A DNA stretch of 64,000 bases, from the NCBI GenBank assembly GCA_002269645.1, contig NIVC01002188.1, positions 91,357 to 155,356 on the forward strand. The letters run 5' to 3'. Below are positions 13,455-30,782 of the stretch, in pieces. The position numbers and the translations under genes are program-made. Origin of the DNA: Macrostomum lignano (lineage: Eukaryota). Each line of letters opens with the position of its first letter. Within the stretch, counting starts at the first letter, position 1. Under the pieces are notes generated by a model that made no database searches, had not been told where the DNA came from, and worked only from the letters and a program-made list of their open reading frames with translations.

Positions 13455-14000
13455 TGTACCATTTTGTAGTTCTTATGTGTCATTTTGTATTTCTAATGTG
13501 CCATTTTGTAGTTGAATGTGTCATTGTGTTTTTTGAATGTGCCATTTTGTAATTCTAAAGTGCTCTTTTGCAGTTTTTTGCCATTTTTAGTTTTCTAAAG
13601 TTATTTTGTGCCATTTTGTAGTTATTTTGTGCCATTTTGTAGTTATTTTGTGCCATTTTGTAGTTATTTTGTGCCATTTTGTAGTTATTTTGTGCCATTT
13701 TGTAGTTATTTTGTGCCATTTTGTAGTTATTTTGTGCCATTTTGTAGTTATTTTGTGCCATTTTGTAGTTATTTTGTGCCATTTTGTAGTTATTTTGTGC
13801 CATTTTGTAGTTAATTTTGTGCCATTTTGTAGTTATTTTGTGCCATTTTGTAGTTATTGTGTGCCATTTTGTAGTTATTTTGTGCCATTTTGTAGTTATT
13901 TTGTGCCATTTTGTAGTTATTTTGTGCCATTTTGTAGTTATTTTGTGCCATTTTGTAGTTATTTTGTGCCATTTTGTAGTTATTTTTTGCCATTTTTGTT
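13455..14000. repeat. 21-bp minisatellite (gtgccattttgtagttatttt)n
   Basis: Near-perfect tandem array. Confidence 0.95.
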
Positions 14001-14599
14001 GTTCAAATGTGCCATTTTCAAGAAAAGAAGCAAGCAGCCAATTTCAAGCCACAACGCCAGACCAGCTCAGCCAGCAGCCCAGCCGCTAACTGCCTCAGTC
14101 CGCTTGCAATGCTTCAATTAGCTAGAAATGTCATTCGCGACTGCCTCCCCCCTGCCTCAGCAGCAGCAGTAGTTCGTAAATGAAGTTCAGTCCGTATGCA
14201 GCAACTTGTTCCTTGCGCTGCTGGGTTGTACGAGTCGTTTCAGTTTCAAACAGCTCCGACGCCATCTGGTGCAGGAATTTTCAATCAGCGACAGACAGGC
14301 GATGTTTTCAATTTTTTCTCCGGACTTGATTTTATTGCCTAGCAAGGCGCCAGGCAACAGAAGAACTTCATCCGGCTTCGGGGTGAATGAAATTTCATCT
14401 TTTCTGCCCCCCTAACCCTTCTGCATAGGGCAACAAGATGCTCAACTTCTTTTTTGGGGGGGGGCAGCCCGGGTGCGGAGTGCAGGAATGCCGCCAGTTG
14501 TGGGCCGCTTTCTATGAGCTATCCGCCTGGCATGGGCTGAGTTGCCAGCTCAGGGTGATGAGCTCTGCGCCTTCTGCTGCTGGACTGTCCGTCTGCCGC

Positions 14600-14750
14600 T
14601 CCGCCTCTTCTCTCCCTCTCCTCTCCTCTCTCATTTCCCGCTCTCCTCTCTCCTCTCCTCTCCCTCTCTCCTCTCTCCTCTCCTCTCCCTCTCTCCTCTC
14701 TCCTCTCCTCTCCCTCTCTCCTCTCTCCTCTCTTCTCCCTCCTCTCGACC
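14600..14750. repeat. CT-rich polypyrimidine simple repeat
   Basis: (ctctc)n-like low-complexity tract. Confidence 0.9.
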
Positions 14751-15439
14751 TTAATATAAAATCGGCATCCCTCACAAGCATCACCCACCTGCTGATTGTA
14801 CAAGCAGGAAGCCAGTCTCACTCTTCATCATATTCATCTACTGCCAGAAACTTTCCCACCCGGTCACTTTCACTTACTCACTGCTGCTGCGGCTGCTCTC
14901 TGTTGGCATTCGCCTCACGCCTTCCCAATTTCAATCTGACTCTGTTGCCTCGGGCACTCTGGCTACTCAACTATCAGAGTATGGCTGAGAAGAGGGAGAG
15001 GAGAAGAAACTTCGAACTTCGCCTCCTTATACGAACGCACGCGCGCGGAAACCTTGGGGGCCACTGCCAAGCAGTTCCCCTTCCTCTCACTGCTGCATTA
15101 TTTCCTTCGATTTCTTATCACACTCGGACAAGCGGGCGGGATAGCCACACCGGTATAGTACAGGATGTGCCTGCCTGCCTGCCTGACAGCTGTTCCCCTC
15201 ACAATTGCGACTTTATTCATTTTATCGACCGCAGAAAAGACAGGGCGAAGAGCTGAGCAACAGAAATATTAAGAAGCGGGCGCGCCGTTATATTCCAATA
15301 ACTGCGGAACTGGGGAGTGGAGAGAAATGAAACAGAGAGATCCATGAGATTCTTAGAGAGGGTGTTTTCCGGCATTTTTTTCATATTTTAAAACAAAACT
15401 ACGAGCGTACAACTTTACTTTTCAAAGCTCATTCTGACT

Positions 15440-16310
15440 ATCCCTCTTCTATCCCATCTCCTTCTTCCTCCCCCTGCCTCTCCTCTTCCTCCCTCTCCCA
15501 CTCCTCTTCCTCCCTCTCCCACTCCTCTTCCTCCCTCTCTCTCTCCTCTTCCTCCCTCTCCCTCTCCTCTTCCTCCCTCTCCTCTTCCTCCCTCTCCCAC
15601 TCCTCTTTCTCCCTCTCCCACTCCTCTTCCTCCCTCTCCCACTCCTCTTCCTCCCTCTCCCTCTCCTCTTCCTCCCTCTCCCTCTCCTCTTCCTCCCTCT
15701 CCCTCTCCTCTTCCTCCCTCTCCTCTTCCTCCCTCTCCCTCTCCTCTTCCTCCCTCTCCCTCTCCTCTTCCTCCCTCTCCCTCTCCTCTTCCTCCCTCTC
15801 CCTCTCCTCTTCCTACCTCTCCCTCTCCTCTTCCTCCCTCTCCCTCTCCTCTTCCTCCCTCTCCCTCTCCTCTTCCTCCCTCTCCCTCTCCTCTTCCTAC
15901 CTCTCCCTCTCCTCTTCCTCCCTCTCCCTCTCCTCTTCCTCCCTCTCCTCTTCCTCCCTCTCCCTCTCCTCTTCCTCCCTCTCCCTCTCCTCTTCCTCCC
16001 TCTCCCTCTCCTCTTCCTCCCTCTCCCTCTCCTCTTCCTCCCTCTCCCTCTCCTCTTCCTCTCTCTCCCTCTCCTCTTCCTCCCTCTCCCTCTCCTCTTT
16101 CTCCCTCTCCCTCTCCTCTTCCTCCCTCTCCCTCTCCTCTTCCTCCCTCTCCCTCTCCTCTTCCTCCCTCTCCCTCTCCTCTTCCTCCCTCTCCCTCTCC
16201 TCTTCCTCCCTCTCCCTCTCCTCTTCCTCTCTCTCCCTCTCCTCTTCCTCCCTCTCCCTCTCCTCTTCCTCTCCTCTTCCTCCCTCTCCCCCCTTCCTCT
16301 CTCACTCCTC
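15440..16310. repeat. Polypyrimidine minisatellite (ctcttcctccctctccctctc)n
   Basis: About 870 bp that is almost purely C/T. Confidence 0.95.
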
Positions 16311-16729
16311 TCCGGAACTCTATTTGGCTAACCTCTCCTACAAACTGAATCCAATCGATACAATACCCAAGCTAAAATGTTTTCAGTTTTCTCCGGCAGC
16401 CTCTGCGGCAGACTTTCAGCGGATCAGAGGGAGCTGATGAGAAGGCAGCTGGTTCGTTTCCAGCAGAGTGAGCAGCGCTCAATACATGCATAGCCAGCCC
16501 CACCGATACCTGCCCCTACTCGCCTATCTGGAAACGACTGCCGCTCACCGCATAATCACTGATTTGGGGGCGAAGCGCTGGGCACCCCAAACATGTATCA
16601 TACTATAATGGAAATCGATCTGGTTTGAGCATGCCAGCCGGGATGAACCAGCAATTCATTTTGTTCAACTCCTGCAATTGCTCCTAAGCTCCAATGTTCA
16701 CTGTCCACAACTGTCCTATCCCATTCTGA

Positions 16730-17357
16730 TCTCTCATCTCTATCCCGTCTATTTCCTATTTTTACCCCTGTTTCTATCCCACATCTATCTCATCACTATC
16801 CCAGACTCAATCCCATCTTTATCTTATCTCTATCCCATCTCTATCCTATTTTTATCTCAGTCTCTATCCCATCTCTATCCCACATCTATCCCACATCTAT
16901 CCCATTCCTATTCCACATCTATCCCACATTCTATCCCACATCTATCCCATTCCTATTCCACATCTATCCCACATCTATCCCATCTCTATCCAAGTCTATA
17001 TCCCATCTCTACCCCATCTCTACCCCATTTCCATCTCATCAATACTCTACATGTATCTCTACCCCATCTCTACCCTATCTCCGTCCCATCAATACCGGCC
17101 ATCTCTACCCCATCTCCATCCCATCAATACCCCATCTCTATCCCATCTATATCCCATTTCTACCCCATCTCCGTCCCAACTCTATCCCATCTCTACCCCA
17201 TCTCTACCCCATCTCTACCCTATCTCCGTCCCATCAATATCCCATCTCTACCCCATCTCCATCCCATCTCTACCCCATCTCTACCCCATCTCCGTCCCAA
17301 CTCTACCCCATCTCCGTCCCAACTCTATCCCATCTCTACCCCATCTCTACCCCATCT
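16730..17357. repeat. (ctctaccccatctc)-type minisatellite, left part; resumes at 22738-22920 after the LINE insertion
   Basis: The same unit is present on both sides of the LOA-like element. Confidence 0.9.
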
Positions 17358-17765
17358 ACGGCAAACGGCAACTTAAACGAGGGACTCTGTGACATCCGCC
17401 AGCTTTTCGTTTTTCGAGGAGGCTCTTCCCCCTCCTTTTCGTTCTGGCCTGGCGTGGAAGCGGCTAGCTTCCTCGTCTTGGTCTGCTGGTGGGGGACGGA
17501 TCCCCCTGCTGCTTTTTTGCGGGGCAGGTGGCTGCTAAGTAGTTGGCTGCTGGCTAAGCGCCAACTACCCATCGACAGCCCTTAGTTGCAACTGGTACCA
17601 CACGGGTTCTCGAGGGCCGCTCTTGTGGGGGAGGGCTCGGGCGTCGGCTGTCAACTCGACCTGGCGCCTGTGTCCCAAGCCCGCAGCCGGCCTCCCGCCC
17701 CCTGATCTTGCAGAGTGTGGACCGGGGGCCTGCCGGAGCCTCGCCTGGGAGCAATCCTGGGATAA

Positions 17766-22649
<4,884 letters not shown>

Positions 22650-23439
22650 TCCTTGTGCTCTTTTACCTTGGGGTTGCGATAGGGGCCTCGCGGCCTATTC
22701 GCGGCGCCTGCGCCCCCCGTCAGTAGTAAGTAAGTAGTACCCCATCTCCGTCCCAACTCTACCCCATCTCCATCCCAACTCTATCCCATCTCTACCCCAT
22801 CTCTACCCCATCTCCGTCCCAACTCTATCCCATCTCTACCCCATCTCAATCTCATCTGTATCCCAACTCTATCCAGTCTCTATTCAAGTCTATATCCTAT
22901 CTGTATTCCATCTCTATCCGTCCTGAGCTATTTCCGCACGCGGCCAGCCGCCAGGCTCATCCTGACAATTATCTCCGCACTAAAAAAAGACTCATATTCG
23001 ATGACCAAAACGCAGCGCTACTCAAAGAACACGCGGGAGCATCAGGAAATTCCCTCGTGGACCCGAAACTCGTCACTCCAACAAGGCAGCTGAATACTCC
23101 TTCGGGTACTCCAGTCTCAACTGGCGGCTTTCGTTTGATGTTTGAGGCAGGAGCGCCTGCGGGCGGCTTAAGGGAGCAGAGCGAATGAGTTGGGAAAATA
23201 TTGATGCTCAGGGACTGGCATGCCAGCTCGAGAGGTCAAACAGCTGGATTGAAGTTCGACTTTTCTTTACTAGGGGTGACCGTTTAAAGTGCGAACAGAC
23301 AGAGAAAGTCAACAAAACCTCCAAGGTAAACAGCTGCGCGTGTGTAACAGGTTGAGGATTTTTTAGCAAAAGACCAATTTGAGTAATGAGCTGAACCTGC
23401 CGTGAACTTTGCTGAGTTTGAAATATGAAGAAACAGGTT

Positions 23440-24095
23440 CCAGGTTAACGACTGAATTCTGGAACAAGATCAAGAATTCTGTACAGGATCCATAGAATAT
23501 TGTACAAGATTGATCAATCATTCTGTACAGAATCAATGGAATATTGTACAAGACTAATCAAGCATTCTGTACAGGATCCATAGAATATTGTACAAGATTG
23601 ATCAAGCATTCTGTACAGAATCAATGGAATATTGTACAAGACTAATCAAGCATTCTGTACAGGATCCATAGAATATTGTACAAGATTGATCAAGCATTCT
23701 GTACAGAATCAATGGAATATTGTACAAGATTGATCAAGAATTCTGTACAGGATTCATGGAATATTGTACAAGATTGATCAAGCATTCTGTACAGGATCAA
23801 TGGAATATTGTGCAAAATTGATCAAGAATTCTGTACAGAATCAATGGAATATTGTGCAAGATTGATCAAGCATTCAGAATCAATGGAATATTGTGCAATA
23901 TTGATCAAGCATTTTGTACAGGATCCATGGAATATTGTACAAGACTAATCAAGCATTCTGTACAGGATCCATGGAATATTGTACAAGATTGATCAAGCAT
24001 TCTGTACAGAATCAATGGAATATTGTGCAAGATTTATCAAGCATTCAGAATCAATGGAATATTGTGCAATATTGATCAAGCATTCTGTACAGGAT
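23440..24095. repeat. 44-bp minisatellite (attctgtacagaatcaatggaatattgtacaagattgatcaagc)n
   Basis: Degenerate tandem array. Confidence 0.9.
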
Positions 24096-24594
24096 TCACA
24101 AGGCCACATGTATTGCAATAAAGGTAAGAATACAAAATATAAAATTGCCCTGAAGCAGAACCAGAAAACACGGCTCACCTTTGCAGGTTTGATGCCTCCG
24201 AAGCGATAATTGCTGATTGCTTGCCAGACAATGGCCCCAGATCACTCTAGCCAGATAAATATCAAATGGGAGGCATTCGCCCTTCATCATCCACACTCAG
24301 TATCATTGGCTGCAGTTGCAGGCCTCCAATAAAAACGCTTGCATGATGTCTTGAGCTGATCGACCTAATAAAATAACTTGCTTAAAAACTACTTAATCAA
24401 GTAAGTAGTGCGTCTGCAAGTATATTTTACTAACGTTTCAAAATTCTTTGCTAACAAGCTTGAATAAACTAGAAGATTCTCAGTTAGTGTTCATGTCAGG
24501 GAAAATTCACCTTGGGTTGATATAACCTGGGGAGGATAATTCCCGGCTATTCAGAAGTTTTTCGTAGAAGTTATCTAGGAAAAACTCAATTTTG

Positions 24595-24890
24595 GTAGCT
24601 CTACATTTCTAGGAAAATTCCCTTTTATTAGTTCTACATTTCTAGGAAAGTTCCCTTTTATTAGTTCTACATTTCTAGGAAAGTTCCCTTTTATTAGTTC
24701 TACATTTCTAGGAAAGTTCCCTTTTATTAGTTCTACATTTCTAGGAAAGTTCCCTTTTATTAGTTCTACATTTCTAGGAAAGTTCCCTTTTATTATTTCT
24801 ACATTTCTAGGAAAGTTCCCTTTTATTAGTTCTACATTTCTAGGAAAATTCCCTTTCATTAGTTCTACATTTCTAGGAAAATTCCCTTTC
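24595..24890. repeat. 33-bp minisatellite (tacatttctaggaaagttcccttttattagttc)n
   Basis: About 9 tandem copies. Confidence 0.9.
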
Positions 24891-24901
24891 GGTAATCCTA
24901 C

Positions 24902-25293
24902 CAGGCGCATCGCCACCGGGGGGGGACATGTCCCTCCCAGTAAAAGTAAAATGAGTACCTGCGGCGCTACAATGAGTGCCTGCGGCGCTACAATGAGTGC
25001 CTGCGGCGCTACAATGAGTGCCTGCGGCGCTACAATGAGTGCCTGCGGCGCTAAAATGAGTGCCTGCGGCGCTAAAATGAGTGCCTGTGGCGCTACAATG
25101 AGTGCCTGTGGCGCTACAATGAGTGCCTGTGGCGCTACAATGAGTGCCTGTGGTGCTAAAATGAGTGCCTGCGGCGCTAAAATGAGTGCCTGCGGCGCCG
25201 AAATGAGTGCCAAAATTTAGTCATGTACATGTACATTTCGAATTCTTGGCTTAATTGTCCCCCCCCACCATAAAATCCATGGCGACGCCCCTG
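24902..25293. mobile_element. hAT-type MITE with internal 21-bp tandem array
   Basis: 8-bp TSD AATCCTAC (24894-24901 and 25294-25301). Imperfect TIRs CAGGCGCATCGCCA / CAGGGGCGTCGCCA. Internal (atgagtgcctgcggcgctaca)n at about 24950-25210. Confidence 0.8.
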
Positions 25294-25959
25294 AATCCTA
25301 CTGTGTCCAAGAAAATTTTCCCTCCCAGCCGCACTGCCAGAGCAAGCTGTGTGCCCAGAAAAATATGCCACTGCCAAGTCCCAAAGCCAAGGCACCAATT
25401 CCAATCCCAAGGATTGAGAAAACTCACAGATGGTCTTTGAGAAAAGTTGCTATTAACAAAAATTTGCTTCGCAATCGATTCCAGTGGCGCACAGACAGAC
25501 CGCTTGCGCAGGGGGGTGGCAAATTGATGTCGAGCCTGAGCAGCTGGAAGCCCCGCGGATTAAGCAGCTCCAGACCGACTGAGGCAGCTGTTTGCCCAAC
25601 ACGCTGCTTGGGGAAGAGAGAAAGTGTGCTCATGCTCAAATTCATTCAAATTAATTGCAGCAGACTTAGCGGAGCAGGGGCCCCAAGGCCACACGGCAGG
25701 TTTGTCCAAGGTAAACAGAAAGCATAAAGAGAGAAATTGGCTGTGAGATGTTGGGGGAGTACGAAGCTAGGGAGACTAATTAACTGGATTAGATTTGGCG
25801 GCATGCGTCTGTGCAGAGCAAGCCAGATCCCCAAGCCAGAGACTGCATCGGTACAAGTTGTTAGTCGGATGCAATCAGTTTTAACAGTTAATCTTAATAG
25901 CAGTTAATACTTTTAACTTGAACTGTACATTTACTACCAGTGTACACGCCTCTTGGTAG

Positions 25960-26357
25960 GCACAACCATCTCTTGGTGGTCGCCCCTGGCTCTTGGTGGG
26001 CGGCCCTGTCTCTTGGTGGTTGCCACGGTCTCTTGTTGGGTGCCTCAGGCTCTTGTTGGGCGCCCCTTTCTCTTGCTAGGCGCCCCTGTTTCTTGGTGGG
26101 CGGCCCTGTTTCTTGGTGGGCGCCCCTGTCTCTTGGTGGTTGCCCCGGTCTCTTGTTGGGCGCCCCTTTCTCCTGGTGGGCGGCCCTGTCTTTTGGTGGG
26201 CGGCCCTGTCTCTTGGTGGGCGCCCCTGTCTCTTGGTGGTTGCCCCGGTCTCTTGTTGGGCGCCCCTTTCTCCTGGTGGGCGGCCCTGTCTTTTGGTGGG
26301 CGGCCCTGTCTCTTGGTGGGCGCCCCTGTCTCTCGTTAGGCGCCCCTGGCTCTTGGT
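25960..26357. repeat. 20-bp minisatellite (cccctgtctcttggtgggcg)n, left part; resumes at 30783-31082
   Basis: The same unit flanks both ends of the Ingi-like element. Confidence 0.9.
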
Positions 26358-29300
26358 TGTTGTTGTTGTTACTCCCGGCCGGTAGGATCCGGGGGGCGTG
26401 TCTGCGCCCCTACCGTGCGGAGGAAATCGAGCGCGCGGAGGCCGTCCGTCGAGAGGACGGCCAGGGACGGGTTTGGCCCAAGGATGCGGGCCCGAAGGTC
26501 GTCAAGGGCCCGGCAGTGCAGGAGGACGTGGGCCACGTCTTCGTCGGCGGCCCCGCAGCGGGGGCAGGTGGCGGCGGTGTCCAGGCCGATCCGGTGCCGA
26601 TACCAGCGCAGGAGCGGTGAGTGGCCCGTGCGCAGCTGGGCGAGGGTCACCGCGTCGGCCCGGTTAAGGCGTGGCCGCGGGGCGGCGATGGCGGTTGCCA
26701 GACGGTGGGTGGCGCAGTGCGGGTCGGCCACGTTGGCTTCGCGGTGCGCTCGGCGAGGACCCGGCGGAGGGCGGCCCGTGCAGAACCGAAGCCGATCGGC
26801 GTCTCGTCCTGGGGGAGGCCGGCCGCGGTCTTGGCGGTGACGTCCGCAGCATCGTTCCGCCGGAGGTCGCAGTGGCTGGGGACCCATTGCAGCCAGATGG
26901 GGAAGCGGGCGGCGACGTGGGTCAGCAGCGTCCAGATCTCCCGGCACGCTGGCGAGGAGGACTTGGACGGTCCCTTCTCGAGGGCTCGGAGCAGGGACTG
27001 CGAGTCCGTCAGGCAGCGGAGGCCGCTCAGGGAGGCAAGGTCCGGCCTGGAGGCGGCGTGCTGAAGCCCCAGCCGGAGAGCCGACTCCTCGGCACGGAAG
27101 GAGGAAGAGTAACGGCCCGCAGCCTGCGACAGGTGGACTGGCGGCGCGGTCTTGCTGAAGATGACCGCCCCCGCTCCGCCGTTGAGGGTGCCCCCGGAGG
27201 CTGAACTGTCTGTCCAGAGCTCCAGGTCGGCGGGCGGGAGGCTCGCCAGCGTCTCCAGCGCGGCCAGCTTTCTGACGTGGGGCGCGTCCTCTCGGGAGGT
27301 CGCGGTCAGGAGGTCGCAGCGGATGATGACCCGGCTGGTGTCGGACCATGGCGGCGGAGGGAGGTTCTCCTGCTCCCGGGGGAGGGGGCCAGGCCGGCGG
27401 CGGCGCTCAGGTGCTGCGCCGAGTCGCGCCAGTTCCTGCGGAAGGCCCCAGGCTCCCCGTGAGCGCGCAAGCGGGGCGTAGAGGTCTTGCCCGCTGCAGC
27501 GCGGAGCGGAGTCGGTTGTCGGTGACGGAGGGCTCGCTCGAACAGGGCTGCGCCTGCCGCCTCCGCTCTGGTCGCCAGGGGCACGAGGTCGGCCTCAGCC
27601 AGGAGGGCGCCAATGGCGGTCGAGCGGCAGCAGCCAGTGATGACGCGAGCGGCCGATCGATGTGCAATCTCGACTTCTTCCCGGCAGGAGTCGGACGCGA
27701 AGGTGAGCCACGTGGAGGCGCCGTGGAGCGCGGCCGCCTCCGCGTAGGTGCGGTAGAGCTGGGCGAGGCGCTGGCCGTCCTGGCCCCAGTCGCGGCCCGC
27801 GAGGCAGCGTAGGACGCCGGTGCGCTGCTGGAGGGCGCGGCGCCGGAGCTTGGCGTGGTGGCGGAAGGTCAGCTGGGAGTCGAGGTGCACTCCCAGGAGC
27901 CTCGGGTGCAGCTCGAACGGAGCTGGCGAGTCGCCGAGGAGGATGCGCGGCTGGACCTTTCCGTTGACCTCCCGGGGGTCGAGCGAGAAGAAAGCGACGA
28001 CCGACTTGGTGCGGCTCAGGTCCACCTTCCAGGTTTGGGACCAGCGCACGAGCCCGTCGGCCGCCGGTTGCAGGGCCCGCTCACACTCCCGAGGGTGGTC
28101 CCTTGCGCGCCGAAGGTGCTGTCGTCGGCGTACGCCAGCGTGAGGCAGTTCTTGGGGGCGCCGTCCAGGAGGTCGTCCATGTAGATCACCCACAGGATCG
28201 GGGCAAGGACCGACCCTTGCGGCAGCCCCTCGGAGAACACGGTTGGCTTGCAGGCCGCACTAACCCACCGCACGAAGGCCCTCCTGTGGGAGAGAAATCC
28301 CTTGAGCCAGCGGATGAGGCAGGTGGGGATCCCCTTCCGACCGAGCTTGACGATGAGGGCGGCTCTCCAGACGCGGTCGTAGGCTCTGGAGAAGTCTGCA
28401 AGGAGCAGGGCGGTGCGGGCTGCCGGCTTCTTGGCCTGGAAACCGTCAAAAATGTACTGGGCCGCCGCGGCGATGTGCTCCTCCGTGGAGCGGCCCTGAC
28501 GGAAACCGGCTTGCGACGGGTGGAGGGCGTCATTTGCCTCGAGGATGTAGGACAGCCGCTCGTTCACCATCTTCTCGGCGAGCTTGCCCAGGCAGCTGAG
28601 GAGGCTGATAGGGCGGAAGCTGGATGTCAGGCCGGCTGGCTTGTCCGATTTGGGGATCGGGCGGATCTCCGCAAGGCGCCACGGGGCGGGCACCTCCCCC
28701 GTCCTCCACGAGAGGTTCAGGAGGTCCAGGAGGCAGCGGAGCCCCAGGTCGGACAGATGCTTCAGCATGATGTTCGCGACCCCGTCCGGTCCCGGGGCCG
28801 AGCGGTCCGGCAGGCGCACCAAGGCGCGGCGGAGGGCGTCGGGCTGGAAGTCGGAGCAGGGGCCGCTGCGGAGGCCTTGGCAGCTGCAGGGGGCGCGGAG
28901 CGTGTGACGGGCTTCTTGGATGACCGGCCGGTCTTCCGTCTTGTTCTTGGGGAGCCTGCTGACGGCGGCGTACTCCCGGCAGAAAAGCGCGGCCTTCTGT
29001 TTGTCGGAGACGGCCGATGCCCCCGTGGAGCCCTGGATGGCAGCCGACGAGGGGGTGCCCTGGGACCGTCCGTCGAGGGCCCGGATGATCCGCCAGAGGT
29101 CGGTGGAGCACAGGTCGTGACCCGTGTCGGTGATGAAATCACGCCACAGCGACTCCTTGGCGCGGCAGATGGCGTGAGCAGCCGCGGCGGCAGCAGCCTG
29201 GTACGCGGCCGAGAGCGCCGGGTCGTCCGGGCTCGCGCGAAGCGCTTCGAGCGCTGCGCGGCGGGCGGTGCAGGCCGCCTCGGCTTCCGGGCACCACCAG

Positions 29301-30782
29301 GCGATCGGGGCGCGCCGGCAGCCTCTCGGGATGGCCGCCTTGGCGGCGCTGGTGACGGCGGACGCGAACCGGCTGGCGGCGACGGGCACCGTGCGTGGGG
29401 GCGCTCCGGCCAGCTGGCCAGGGCCTCGTCGAGGGTCCGCTGGAACAGGTCCCAGTCCGCCTTGTGGTAGGCGTACCGCGTCAGGCGCTTGGAGCTGGAG
29501 CGGGCCGGGCCGGAGGCTGCGATGTCGATGATGATCGGCAGGTGGTCCGAGCCGATGTGCTCCCCGGTTCGCCACTCAATCCGGTCTTGCCAGGAGGCGT
29601 GGGCGAAGGAGACGTCAGGGGAGCTCGGCAGGCCGCGGGGGCTGATCCTAGTTGGGGAGCCGTCGTTCAGAGCGACTAGGTCGTAGGTCGTCGCCCAGTC
29701 TTCGAGGGCCCTGCCCAGCTCGTCGTCGTCCGCCGAGGCGTCCCACATCCCGTGGTGGGCGTTGAAGTCGCCCAGCACCAACGAGTCCCGTGAAACGGGG
29801 ATCCAGTCGGGCTCGAAGGCGTCCGTGCGGCCGTCTGCGGCGCGGACCGGCGGGAGGTAGATGTTGATCACATCCAGGGGGCGCGGAAGCCGGGGGTCGT
29901 GGATACGGAGGCCCGAGGCTTTGGCGGACGTGGCGTGGGTGACGAGCTCGCCTAGTGGAAGGTCGGCGAATTGAATGCCCTCCTTGACAAGGAAGCAGAC
30001 GCCCCCGTGGTGGGTTCTGGCTGCCTCCCCGTCGCGGCCGGTGTTGCGGTCCTTCCGGCCAGCGATCTGCCACCCTTTGAGGCGTGGGGCCGCTGTGTGG
30101 CCGGACAGGTTCGTCTCCTGGATGCAGGCGACGTCGGCGCCCTGCTTCTCCAGGAAGTGGAGCAGTTCCAGCTTGCGGGAGCGGAGCCCTGCCGCGTTGA
30201 GCTGGACGATGCGGAAAGCCGCCCCGCTGTTGTTCGGCGCCCCCGCCCGCGCTGGTTGCGCCATCAGGGGGGGGGGTGCCGGCGCGGGGTTCGGGGGAGG
30301 TGGAGTCGTGGCCGTTGGCGTCTGGTGGGTGCCAGTGGGGCCTGCAGCCGCGGAGGGGGCCGGAGTCGCGGCGGGCTGCGGCGCTGAAGCGGCAGGCTGG
30401 GGCACAGGTGGGGCAGTGCCACGGCGCATTGTCCCGGTGGAGCCGGTTGATAGCCGCAATAGTGAGGCGGGAACAGCGGCGGTGCCACCACAGGCCGCAG
30501 CCGGAGCAGCGGGTGGAGTAGCCCCTGGCCACCTCCTCGCACAGCCTCCGCACGGGAAGGCCGGCCCAGGGTTGGACTCGACGTCTCCAGCTCTGAGAAG
30601 CAGCTGAGCCAGGTGAGCTGGGAGGTCTGGCTCAGCGTGGAAAAACCCGGGGCGCTCGAAGACCCTCGCACGGGTCCAGGGTGGTGGCTGCACTTGGCCG
30701 GGCGAACCCGGACGGTCCCGCCGCGTGAAGGCGGCAGCCATGGGAAGCGCGCGAGCGCGCTCCGGGAGGCAGAACCTCCCGA
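26358..30782 (-). mobile_element. Ingi-like single-ORF non-LTR retrotransposon (2A-PHD-APE-RT-RNaseH-CCHC)
   Basis: 15-bp TSD CCCCTGGCTCTTGGT (26343-26357 and 30783-30797). A (CAA)n tail follows the TAA stop directly. The domain order matches Ingi-clade elements. Confidence 0.88.
26369..30741 (-). pseudogene. Ingi-like polyprotein: 2A peptide, PHD finger, AP endonuclease, RT, RNase H, CCHC; several frameshifts
   Basis: Motifs LLLRAGDVESNPGP; CGGC..CSGCGLWWHRRC..WHCPTC; IVQLNAAG, CIQET, LGDFNAH, GSDHLP; APGPDG, FRPISLLS, DFSRAYD, GLPQGSVL, LAYADD, RLLGV; LWTDSS, TDSQSLL; QLRTGHSP..CPRC..EDVAHVLLHC. Frame switches near 30535, about 30300-30420, 29420, 28110 and in the RNase H region. Confidence 0.88.

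Noticed and set aside
14438-15256. 272-aa plus-strand ORF
   Set aside because: Its core is a CT microsatellite and it has no domain-like sequence.
16377-16468. Possible plus-strand exon MFSVFSGSLCGRLSADQRELMRRQLVRFQQ with a gtgagc donor
   Set aside because: I found no in-phase partner exon after the LINE, and I recognise no homology.
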